Shown here: one piece after another, positions 48,697 through 58,520 of the stretch
Layout of the letters: every line of letters begins with the position of its first letter
How positions within the stretch are numbered: the stretch's first letter is position 1
From: an uncultured Chloroflexia bacterium
GTDB taxonomy: Bacteria; Chloroflexota; Limnocylindria; Limnocylindrales; CSP1-4
DNA length: 64,000 nucleotides
Reading direction: 5' to 3'
Assembly: GCA_963810065.1 (NCBI GenBank)
Contig: CAWELX010000007.1
Location: forward strand, 1,170,154-1,234,153
Position numbers and translations under genes: made by a program
The notes under the pieces: generated by a model
Database searches by the model: none
Told to the model about the DNA's origin: nothing
Seen by the model: the letters and a program-made list of their open reading frames with translations, nothing else

Positions 48697-50100
48697 ATGA
48701 GCGACCAGAGCAGGTTGCTGCTGAGCCGGCGCCAGGTGCTCAAGTACGGCGGGCTCACCGCCGCGGCCACGGCCGCGGCGGCCCTGGGCCCCGGCTGGTG
48801 GGGACCATCCTCCAGCCGGGCCGGGCCCTCGCCGTGGATCGTCCCCCGGACCTCAAGCTCGTCGGGACCGACGGCTGGATCTAGCTGCCAGGCCCCCAGA
48901 TCAACTCCAGCGCCTACGGCGTGGTCCACCCGGACAGCTATGCGCCCGCCGGGCGCACCGACTACATCTTCGGGTTCGCGAACGGGACGGGCGTCCCGGA
49001 CCGGGACCTGCACCTGCTCAAGAACAAGGCCCAGCACTCTGCCCCGATGTTCTGGGCCAAGGAGGGCGAGGAGTTCCGGGTCCAGCTGACGAACGTCGGC
49101 CTGGCCCAGCGCCCCGACCTGTTCGACGCCCACACCGTCCACTGGCACGGCTTCAAGAACGTCATCCCGTTCTTCGACGGCGAGCCGACCGGCTCGGTGT
49201 CGGTGCCGCAGGGCCAGACGTTCACCTACGTCTACAAGTCCCACGACCCGGGCACCTACATGTTCCACTGCCACGTCGAGGACGTGGAGCACGTGCACAT
49301 GGGGATGACCGGCCTGGTGTTCGTCCGGCCGGCCCAGGATCACGAAGGGAACACCGCCGGAGCGCCGTCTCCTGGTACGGAGCGAACCGCGCTTCCAGGA
49401 GCCATCGAGCCTCCGGGCATACCGCTCGGCTAGCCTACAACGACAGCGTCGGCCGATCATCCGGCGTCGACGGGCTTCGACCGCGAGTACGGGATGTTCC
49501 TCAGCGAGCTCTGGGCGGAGGCCCACTGGGCCGACGCCCACATCCAGCTTCCGGAGTGGAGCGACTACCACGCCGACTACGCGCTGCTCAACGGCCGGGT
49601 CTGTCCCGACACGCTCGCACCGAACGGGGGCTCGATCGACCCCTTCAACGTCGCTCGGAACGGCGACAAGACGCTGGTCGCGCCGGCCGGGCACCCGGAA
49701 CTCGGGAGCCAGCCGATCTCGTCGCTCGTGACCTGCAACGCGGCGAACGTGTCCTCCTGCGGTTCGCGAACCTCGGCTTCAAGGAGGCCGCGATGACTCT
49801 CACCGGCATCAAGCTGCGGGTCGTCGGGCGCGACGCCACGCTTCCTGCGCGGGCGCGATGCGGTGGACCTGACCTACTCTCGTCGAGACGAACACGCTGG
49901 CATTCGGCGCCGGCGAGAGCTTCGACGCGATCTTCACCGCGCCCGCCCACAGCGGCGCCGGCCCGGGCGGGTCCGACACGTACGTCCTCTACAACCGGAC
50001 GTACATCCGCGCCGACAACACGGGCGGCGGCGGCGGACAGCGCACCGAGGTGCGCGTCTACGCACCGGGCACCGTCCCGCCCAGGTACCCGAACGGCTGA
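48697..50100 (+). pseudogene. Multicopper oxidase (cupredoxin) gene 1, degraded: Tat-type signal, several frameshifts, one in-frame TAG
   Basis: MSDQSRLLLSRRQVLKYGGLTAAATAAAALG (twin-Arg signal), then the frame is lost. ..DLKLVGTDGWI-TAG-LPGPQINSSAYGVVHPDSYAPAGRTDYIFGF...HTVHWHGF...PGTYMFHCHVEDVEHVHMGMTGLVFVRP (Cu-site His motifs). Later real-looking segments (FDREYGMFLSELW..., ERVLLRFANLGFKEAAMTLTGIKLRVVGRDATLP, ..AFGAGESFDAIFTAPAHSGAGPGGSDTYVLYNRTYIRADN...) sit in three different frames. Confidence 0.5.
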
Positions 50101-50129
50101 GACGGCGGCTGAGGAACGGAGTGATCACG

Positions 50130-51492
50130 ATGCTGCGATTCACGCCACCGCGCACCCGCGCCTGGCTCTCCCTCGCCGGCCTCGTCCGCGCTCGTCTCCG
50201 GCGTCCTGTCGCCGCCGCCGCCCGGCCGACGTCGGCCGCGACGCAGGGGATCAACAGGGCCGGCATCGCCTGCACCACGAGCACCGGCACCAACCCGACG
50301 TTCACCCTCACGACCAGCGGGGCTACATCAACCTGCCGGACGGCACCACCGCCTACATGTGGGGGTTCTCGGAGGGCAGCGGGCCTTCCAGCACCCGGGC
50401 CCCGTCCTCTGCGTCAACGAGGGCGACACCGTCACGATCGTCCTGAAGAACGCCCTCACGAACGCGCCGAAGAGCGCGCCGGCCGTCTCCTGATCTTCCC
50501 CGGCCAGGTGGACGTCACTGCCGACGGCGCGCCGTCGCAGCCGGACTTCGACGGAGCCGGCGCGCACCTCGCTCGCCACGGCGGCGCAGCCGAGCGGCGG
50601 CACGGTGACGTACAGCTTCGTCGCCGCGCAGCCCGGGACCTTCCTCTACGAGAGCGGCGGCGGGGGCGAGCGGCGGACTCGACTCGAGCCCGCAGATCCA
50701 GGTCCGGATGGGCCTCTTCGGCGCCCTCATCGTGCGCCCGGCCTCGGCGCGAAGTTCGCCTACGACCGGGCCGACTCGCGGTTCAACCCGGACACCGAGT
50801 TCCTCGCCCTGCTGTCCGAGATCGACCCGTACCTCAACGCGGCGGTCCTCAAGGGCAAGACGTTCAACTTCAACACCTACCACCCGCGCTACTGGCTCAT
50901 CAACGGCCGCGGCTTCCCGGACAGCATCGCCGACAACTTCGCCGCCTGGCTGCCCAGCCAGCCGTACGGCTCCCTGGCGGCGATCCACCCGAACGACAAG
51001 TACCTCGCGGACGGGTCACCCGGACCCCAGCATCGACCCGCTGTCCTGTCCTGGGTGGGGACGGAGGACTACCCGTTCCATCCGCACGGCAACAACGGCA
51101 AGGTGATCGGGCGCGACGGAGCGGCCGCTCGCCGGGCCCGCCGGCCAGGACATGTCGTTCGACGAAGTTCGTCGTGAACATCGGACCGGGCCAGACCTGG
51201 GACGTCCTCTTCAGCTGGCGCGACGCCGAGGACTACTCGCCCGACGAACCCGGTCCCGGCGAGCGAGCCGAACCTGCAGGACCTCACGGTCGGGATGTTC
51301 TACGGCGGCAGCCCGTACCTGGGCGTCCAGGAGCCGATGCCGCCGGGGATCTCGACCCTCAACGAGTGCGGCGAGTTCTACATCATCGCCCACAACCACG
51401 CGCTGTACCAGATCACGTCCTGGGGCGTGAACATGACCGGGCCGATCACCTACACGCGGGTCGATCCGCCCCTGCCCAACAGCTGTCCGTGA
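50130..51492 (+). pseudogene. Multicopper oxidase gene 2, degraded by multiple frameshifts
   Basis: GAGGAACGGAG RBS + ATG at 50130 (MLRFTPPRTRAWLSLAGLVRA). Protein-like islands alternate between all three + frames: YINLPDGTTAYMWGFSEGSGPS; PVLCVNEGDTVTIVLKNALTN; VTYSFVAAQPGTFLYESGG; GLFGALIVRPA..KFAYDRADSRFNPDTEFLALLSEIDPYLNAAVLKGKTFNFNTYHPRYWLINGRGFPDSIADNF...YPFHPHGNNGKVIGRDG; KFVVNIGPGQTWDVLFSWRDAEDYSPDEPGPGE; MFYGGSPYLGVQEPMPPGISTLNECGEFYIIAHNHALYQITSWGVNMTGPITYTRVDPPLPNSCP. Confidence 0.5.
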
Positions 51493-51528
51493 TGAGAGGT
51501 AGGGGAACGACGATGATCCGGACGTACG

Positions 51529-54430
51529 ATGAAGCGAACCCTCCTCTCCTCCCTGGCCCTGGGTCGGCGCTGCTGCTCGGGGCGCTGCTGGTCCCCGGGA
51601 CCGCGTCGGCCGCCGGGCCGATCACCTGGACCGCCTGCACGGCGCCGACGGCGGGCGCATCGGCGCGGCTGTCACCTGCGACCTGTGCGCGACGACCGGC
51701 ACCGGCCCTGCCCGGCACCACGGTCGGGATCGGAGCGTGCCGACGTCGGACGCGACGGGGCACGCCCGGGTCGGCCACCGTGCCCGGACCCGTGCTGGTC
51801 GTGACCGCGGGCGACACCGTCACGGTCAAGCTGCCCAATCGACCTGGCCGCGACGTCGCTCCTGTTCGACGGCCAGCCGGGCATCCCGGAGATTACCGGC
51901 GTCACCGCCGGCAACAGCGTGACCTACACGTTCACGGCCGCGCTGCAGCCGGGCACGTACCTGTACGAGGCCGGGCTGACCCCGGGCGCCGAGTACCAGG
52001 TGGCGATGGGCATGTACGGCGTGCTCGTCGTCCGGCCGGCCGGAGCCCCCGGTCAGGCCTACGCAGACGCTCGACCGCCTTCAACGAGGAGGCCGTCGTC
52101 GTCCTCGGCGAGGTCGACCCGACCCTGAACAACAGCAGCACGCCGCGTCGTCAACCTCCGGTACTTCGCCCCGACGTACCAGCTCGTCAATGGGTCGGCG
52201 TACGCGATCACGGCCGCACGCCCCGGCGATCAACGTGACCTCCGGGAACACGCTCCTGCTGCGCTACGCCAACGCCGGCATCCAGCACCACTCGATCGGA
52301 GTGCTCGGCCTGCGCCAGTCCGTGCTCGCCGCGGACGGCAGCCCGATCGCCCACCCCCGGGGCATGGTCGCCGAGACGATCGCGCCGGGCCAGACGGCCG
52401 ACATTCTCGTGAGCCTCCCGGCGACCACCGCCGCCTCCACCAAGTACGCGCTCTACGACGCGAGCATGACGCTGAACAACAGCACCGGGTCCGCCATCGG
52501 CGGCATGCTCGCTTTCGTCGATGCCGCTCCGAGCGGCTCGTCCTCCGGTGACACCGTCGGACCGATCACGAGCGGCGTCGCGCTCGACACGACGACCGCC
52601 TTACCGCATCGGTCAGCGACATGTCCTCCGGCGGCTCGAGCGTAGCCGGCGCCGAGTACTTCGTCGACACCCCCGGGACAGCGGCCTCGGCACGCCGATG
52701 ACCGGCATGTTCCCGTCCGATCCGGCCGCCGTCTCGGCCACGCTCACCCTCCCGCTCCCGACGGGAAACCACACGATCTACGTCCACGGCCTCGACGGCG
52801 CCCTCCCGACCGCGAACTGGGGCAGCTTCAGCACCGTCACGTACACCCTCGACGCGGTCGGGCCGACGACGACGGTGCCGTGCCTGACACCGAGCCCGAA
52901 CGGTCGGTGATCGTCGACATCAGGCAACCGCGACGATTCCGCGGCGGCAATAGCATCGTCACGACGGCCGAGTACACCCTCGACGGCGGCAGCCATGCGT
53001 CCTTCCGAGCCCTTCACGTGCCCGATGACCCTCAACAAGACCGCACCGATCGTCAGCCTGACGGCGACGATCACCAGGCCAGCGTGCTCGGCGCGGGCCC
53101 CACCGTGGACGTCCGCAGCCGGACGCAGCGGGCAACTGGGGTACCGTCGCCTCGGCCACCCTCACGGTCGACGCGGTCGGACCTTCGGTCTCGGGGGTGA
53201 CCGCGAACCCGCCCGCCAACAACGGCAGCTACGGCCAGAGCAGCGGCAACCCGTCGGTCCGGGTCTCCGCGACCTTCGATGACACCGCGTCGGGCGGCAC
53301 CGTCGCCGCGGGCGAGGGCTTCATCGACGCCGTCGGCTCCCGGCACGGGCTTCCCGTTCGTCGCGACCGATGGGGTGTTCAACGCGACGAGCGAGACCGG
53401 CTACGCCGACATCCCGCTCACGACGATCAACCTCCTGTCCCTCGGCAACCACACGATCAGCGTGCGCGGCAAGAACGCGTTCGGCTGGGGGGCGCGAGCG
53501 TCCATCGACTACCTCATCGACCGGACCGCGCCGACGTTCACCGGCATCACCCTGACGCCGTCCACGGAGACTGCGGCCGCCAGCGTCACCCTGACGGTGG
53601 TCGGCTCGGCCGATCCGCTGGTCACAGGCCTCGCCAGCGGCGTCGCTGGCGGCGAGTACTGGATCGACACGGCCGCCCCGGCACGGGCGCCGGCAGGCCT
53701 TCACCGGCCTACGCCGAGCATCCCGGTGACCACCCTGACGACCGGCACCCACACGATCGGCGCGCGCATCCGCGACGCGGCCGGCAACTGGAGCACGATC
53801 ACCCAGACCGCGACGGTGACGGTCAGGTCGCGGACGGCATCTTCTCCAACGGCTTCGACACCGGTGGCGCGCCCTGGGGCTGGTCCAGCCGCTCGTCCAA
53901 CAGCGCCACGCGCCTGAACGCGACGCCGGTGCCGCCATCGTCGGCGCGCGCGGCCTTCAGGCGCAGGGCAACAACACGAACTACGTCCAGTACAACTTCG
54001 GCACCGCGGCCAACCCGGCATCGGCGACCTACGACGCGCGGTTCTACTTCAACCCGAACGGCAACGTCTCGACCGGCAAGGACATCCTGGCGCCGCGGGA
54101 CCAACACCGCGTTCGGCACCCCGCTGTTCCACGTCCGCTACCGAACGCCGGCACCACGCCGCAAGTCCAGATCCAGGTCGGGGCGACCGCCAACCCGTCG
54201 TGGGTGACATCCTCCGCGGGCTCGAACGTTATCGAGGTGGTTTGGAGCGTCGGCCGCGACCGGAGCCTCACGCTCTACGTCAACGGCGTGTCCTCTCAGA
54301 CGCTCGCCACGGCCACCGTCGGCTCCGTCGGATCGGTCCGCCTGGGCTCCGTGACCACCGGCGGGTCACACCCTCATGTACTTCGACTCCTTCACCTCCA
54401 AGCGAACGGTGTCGCCGCTCATCGGGCCGT
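51529..54430 (+). pseudogene. Multicopper oxidase gene 3 fused to Ig-like repeat modules and a C-terminal domain homologous to the C-terminus of the giant protein; heavily frameshifted
   Basis: MKRTLLSSLALG + (frameshift) SALLLGALLVPGTASAAGPITW (signal peptide). MCO islands: GPVLVVTAGDTVTVKLPN, VTYTFTAALQPGTYLYEAGLTPGAEYQVAMGMYGVLVVRPAGAPGQAYAD, ..NVTSGNTLLLRYANAGIQHHSIGVLGLRQSVLAADGSPIAHPRGMVAETIAPGQTADILVSLP... ~90-aa Ig-like modules from ~52,500 (..GNHTIYVHGLDGALPTANWGSFSTVTYTLDAVGPTTTV; ..GNHTISVRGKNAFGWGARASIDYLIDRTAPTFTGITLTPS; ..GTHTIGARIRDAAGNWSTITQTATVTV). At 53,830-54,430: DGIFSNGFDTGGAPWGWSS...QAQGNNTNYVQYNFGTAANPASATYDARFYF...TPQVQIQVGATANPSW...NVIEVVWSVGRDRSLTLYVNGVSSQTLATATVGSVGSVRLGSVTTGG..(shift)..TLMYFDSFTSKRTVSPLIGP, colinear with 48,000-48,641. 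Confidence 0.4.
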
Positions 54431-54504
54431 AGCGCCATGACGAGCATCGAACGGTCCGAGCGGGACCGCAGCCTCACGGCTGCGGTCCGGAAGCCGGGGA
54501 TCCC

Positions 54505-55000
54505 GTGCCGGCTCCTCGAGCCGGCCGGGGTCACCCCGAGCCGCCGGGTGCGGCCTCGCACCTGATCGCGGCGATCGTCGGCGTCCTCGTGCTGCCGATC
54601 GCCGTGGCGGCGACTGTCTGGACGCAGCCCGACGGCCGCAGCGAATGCCGCCGCCGCCCGCGTCGTGTCCGCGTCGGACCTCGAGGAGGAGTACGGCATC
54701 AAGGTCAACCTCGTGGCCGTGAGCGCCGGCGGCGGCATGATCGACGTGCGGTTCACGGTCATCGACAAGGACAAGGCGCTCCACCTCCTCCACGACGCGA
54801 CGAGCGATGCCGGCCCTGCTCGTCGAGCCGAGCGGCACCGTGATCCCGCGCCGACGGGGATGCGACACAAGGTCACGATCCTCGACGGGGGGACGTACTT
54901 CATCCTCTACGCGAACCCCGGCGGCGCGATCCAGGCCGGCACGCCCGTGTCGGTCGTGATCGACGACGTCCGGCTCCAGCCAATCGACGCGCAGAGCTGA
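54505..55000 (+). CDS. Small membrane-anchored protein (TM helix + ~110-aa beta-rich extracytoplasmic domain), at least one frameshift near the 5' end
   Basis: ..ASHLIAAIVGVLVLPIAVAATVWTQP (TM) in one frame, then AAAARVVSASDLEEEYGIKVNLVAVSAGGGMIDVRFTVIDKDKALHLLHDATSD...GMRHKVTILDGGTYFILYANPGGAIQAGTPVSVVIDDVRLQPIDAQS in the next. Function unknown; it lies between the MCO block and the subtilase. Confidence 0.3.
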
Positions 55001-55013
55001 CTGGAGACCCCCG

Positions 55014-57939
55014 ATGCGACGGACCATCACCCTGGCCCTCGTGGCCGTCCTCCTGGTCGCGGCCCTGCCCGCCGCGGCCGCCGGGGCGTCCTTGCCGGGC
55101 CAGGTCGGTTCGCGCATCACCACGTCCGCTGGCGCCGCGGCCGCTGCCCCGGCGCCAGCGGACATGACCACCGTCATCGTCACGATGCGCGACCGGGCCG
55201 ACCTTGGAGCCATCGGGGGCGGCACGCGAGCCGCCCGCCTCGCCGCCATCATCCGGGCACTTCGCGCCCGGGCGGGGCTGTCCCAGGCCCCGCTGCTGTC
55301 CTTCCTCCGCCGGCAGGCCGCGCTCGGCCGCGTTGCCCGCCAGGACTCGTTCTGGGTCTTCAACGGCCTCTCGGTCACGGCCACGCCGGCAGTGGTGGCC
55401 CTGATCGCCGCCCGGGCCGACGTCGCGAGCGTCACGCCGGACGAGATCCCGATCGTGCCGGTGGCGGCCGCAGTGCCACTCCGGCCGGCCGCTGCTCCTC
55501 CAACGTCCTTCGCCCCGGCGGAGACGAACGTCTCCCTCGTCAATGCCCCGGCCCTGTGGGCCCTCGGGTACACCGGGCAGGGCGTGGTCGTCGCCAACCT
55601 CGACTCCGGCGTTGACGCGAGTCATCCGGACCTGGCGGGTCGGTGGCGGGGCGGCACCAACTCCTGGTTCGATCCTTACGGTCAGCACCCGACGACGCCG
55701 ACGGACCTCAGCGGCCACGGCACGGCGACCATGGGCGATCATGGTCGGCGGAGACGCCGGGGGAACGTCGATCGGCGTGGCCCCTGGTGCGACATGGATC
55801 GCCGCCAAGATCTTCAACGACGCCGGCACGGCAACCGCCACCGCCATCCACGCAGCCTTCCAGTGGGTCCTCGACCCGGACGGCGACCCGGCAACCGCCG
55901 ACGCGCCACAGGTCGTGAACAACTCGTGGGCCTACGGGACGCCGGGTTGCGACCTGGCCTTCCAGCCGGACCTGCAGGCGCTGCGCGCGGCGGGAATCCT
56001 GCCGATCTTCGCGGCCGGCAACTACGGCCCGGGGACCGCGACGAGCGTCGAGCCCGGCGAACTACCCCGAGGCACTCGCCGTGGGCTCGATCAAGAACAC
56101 GAGCGTCCTCGACGGGACGTCGAGCCGCGGGCCGTCGGCCTGCGGCGAAGCGGCGACGGCCTATCCCGAAATCGTCGCCCCCGGAGTGAAGGTCCGGACG
56201 ACCGATCTGCACGGCTTCTACCAGGTGGCAACGGGGACCTCCCTCGCCGCGCCGAACGTTGCTGGTGCCCTGGCACTCCTGCTGAGCGCCCACCCGGGTC
56301 TCAGCCCGGACGCCCAGGCCGCTGCGCTCACCGGCTCGGCGGTCGATCTCGGCGTGGCCGGGCCCGACAACAGCTACGGGTACGGGCGCCTGGACGTCCT
56401 CGCCACGTATGACGCTCTGACGGCGGCGCGACGCCCACGCCGACGCCCACGCCGACGCCCACGCCGACGCCCACGCCCACGCCCACGCCGACGCCCACGC
56501 CCACGCCGACGCCCACGCCCACGCCGACGCCGACGCCGACGCCCACGCCCACGCCGACGCCCACGCCCACGCCCACGCCCACGCCGACGCCCACGCCCGA
56601 CGCCACCGGACCGGTGACCTCCGGCCTGGCGCTGGCGCCGGCTCAGACCAACGGGTCGGTCGACGCGGCCCTCAGCGCCACCGGTGACGACTCGGCCACC
56701 GGCCGCTCGAACATCGTGGCGGCCGAGTACACCATCGACGGCGCCCCGGCCGTCGCCATGTCGGTCGGTGCACCCGCCCCCGTCGCCGGTCTGCACGCGA
56801 CCATCCCGACGACAACCCTTGCCGAGGGCACTCACGTGGTCGCGGTGCGCAGTGAGGATGCGGCCCTCAACTGGGGGGCGACGAGCACCATCGTCCTCGT
56901 CGTGGACAAGACTGCGCCGGCCGTCAGCTCTATCTCCGCTGCGCCGAACCCGACCGTGGGGGCGGCGAGCGTCACCCTGCTGGCCTCGGCGACCGATGCC
57001 GGCAGCGGCGTCACGGCAGCCGAGTGGTTCACCGGCGCAGATCCGGGCGCAGGCAACGCCGCAGCGATGACCCCGACCGGCACTGGCCCGTGGACCCTTG
57101 GTGCCACGGTCACCGTCAGTACCTGGGCGAACGGCAGCTACACGCTCAGCGTGCGGGCGCGGGATGCTGCGGGCAACTGGAGTTCGCTCGGGAGCACCGT
57201 GCTCGTGGTTAGTGCATCATCGCCGCCGCCGGCGCTCCTGTACTTCTCGACGCTGGGCAACACGGCAGTCCCGGGCGTGGGAGGCACGGCTGACGATGCC
57301 GACATCTACGCCACGAACGGCACGACCTACACCCGGGAGATCGACGCGAGCGGCACAGGCAGCCTGGGGCTGCCCAGCGGCGCCAATGTCGACGGCTTCG
57401 TCCGAGTCGACGCCACCCACTTCTACGCGTCCTTCAGCGCCACGAACACCTCGGTGCCCGGCCTCGGCAATGTCCAGGACGAGGACGTCGTCTACTACAA
57501 CAACGGTGTCTGGTCGGTCTACTTCGACGGCACGGCCCACGGCCTGACCGCCAACAACCAGGAGATCGATGCGTTCAGCATCGTCGGGGGGACCCTGTAC
57601 TTCTCGACATTCGGGAACACCAATCCCCCGGGTGTCACCGGCACGGCTGACGACGCCGACATCTACAGCTGGAACGGATCGACCTACAGCCGGGTCTGGG
57701 ATGCGACCGCCAGCGGTCTCCCGGGTACAGCCAATGTCGACGGCCTCAAGCTCGTCGACGCCACCCACTTCTTCCTTTCGTTCAGCTCCACGACCACGAC
57801 GGTGCCGGGCCTGGGTGCGGTTCCAGACGTGAACGTCGTCTATGACAGCGCCGGAACCTGGTCGACCTACTTCGCCGGCGCCGCACACGGGCTGGTCGCC
57901 GGGACCGGCCAGGACGTGGACGCCATCGACATCCCGTAG
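55014..57939 (+). pseudogene. Secreted subtilisin-like serine protease (S8) with TP-repeat linker and C-terminal Ig-like + duplicated beta-rich domains; three apparent frameshifts
   Basis: Signal peptide MRRTITLALVAVLLVAALPAAAAGAS. Pro-domain/catalytic: VVVANLDSGVDASHPDL (Asp), DLSGHGTATMG (His), shift ~55,745, ..GVAPGATWIAAKIF...VVNNSWAY (Asn), shift ~56,060, ..VATGTSLAAPNVAGALALLLSAHPG (Ser), shift ~56,429. Then (TP)n in frame 1, and TPDATGPVTSGLALAP... Ig-like modules (..TIVLVVDKTAPAVSSISAAPNP.., ..TLSVRARDAAGNWSSLGSTVLVV), then two ~110-aa internal repeats (LYFSTxGNTxxPGVxGTADDADIYxxNGxTYxR...ANVDGxxxVDATHFxxSFSxTxTxVPGLGxVxDxxVVY). Confidence 0.6.
56431..56598 (+). repeat. Hexanucleotide coding microsatellite (ACGCCC/ACGCCG)n encoding a (Thr-Pro)n linker of ~28 dipeptides
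   Basis: Direct reading. Frame 1 gives TPTPTP..., continuous with the downstream domain ORF 56614..57939. The upstream catalytic domain is in frame 2 and would read RPRRRP. Confidence 0.8.
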
Positions 57940-58520
57940 CGACCCGCCCAAACCGCGGCGCCAGGAGTTCGCGCCCCGGGGGCCGCTCGGTCGCACTCGG
58001 AGACGGCAGGGGACCCGAGCCGCTCGATGGCTCATCTGGCGCAGGAGCGGGAGGTCCGTGCGAGCCGCTTCTGGGCGGCCGCGAGGCGACCCGTGAGCTG
58101 CCTGGCCGTCACACCGCGGTGCGACGCCTGGCCGGGCATGCAGCCGATCGCCTCGTAGAGCTGGCGGGTCACGGACGAGAGGTCATCCAGCTGAGTCTGG
58201 CGCGCCGACGACCGGGCCCGATCGGCGGCCGGCTGGGCCCGGAGCATGGAGGCCCGGCGGCGTGGGCCGGATCGAGGTCGACCAGGACGAAGCGCCGCGC
58301 GCAGGCGGGGCGACTCGCATGAGGGTCGGGCACTTGCGCCGCGCGCTCTCGCGGCCTGCGACCTGGCGCCAGATGGACGTTCTCGCCGCCATCGCGGTCC
58401 CTGCCCCGGCCGGCGAGCTGCCCCATCCCGGGACGCTGACGTGCCGGTCAAGAACGACCCGCTGGCGGAGCACCGCCCTCGCTCCACGACCGCCAGCCTC
58501 GGTCTCCGCGGCGCGCGATC

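Noticed and set aside
48885-48887. Possible TAG recoding (pyrrolysine / amber suppression) to explain the in-frame TAGs in MCO1 and the EEP gene
   Set aside because: TAG is used as the natural stop of the ABC-2 permease gene (23503), no pyl genes are present, and both TAG-containing genes also lie in regions with other lesions. Nonsense mutation or base error is far more likely.
42004-49694. 929-aa and 1306-aa minus-strand ORFs (42004..44793, 45774..49694)
   Set aside because: Antisense shadow ORFs of the giant surface-protein gene. The sense frame has clear domain repeats, a signal peptide and Asn/Tyr/Thr-rich composition, whereas the antisense frames are Arg/Gly/Val junk.
56328-56835. Minus-strand ORFs reading the TP microsatellite as (GV)n or (RG)n, and the frame-2 RPRRRP reading
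   Set aside because: These are alternative-frame translations of the (ACGCCC/ACGCCG)n repeat. Only the Thr-Pro frame is continuous with a structured downstream domain.
58032-58487. 151-aa minus-strand ORF downstream of CopCD as a real small gene
   Set aside because: Only the last ~70 codons look protein-like (..QTQLDDLSSVTRQLYEAIGCMPGQASHRGVTARQL..). There is no convincing start or RBS and heavy Arg bias upstream. Left uncalled.
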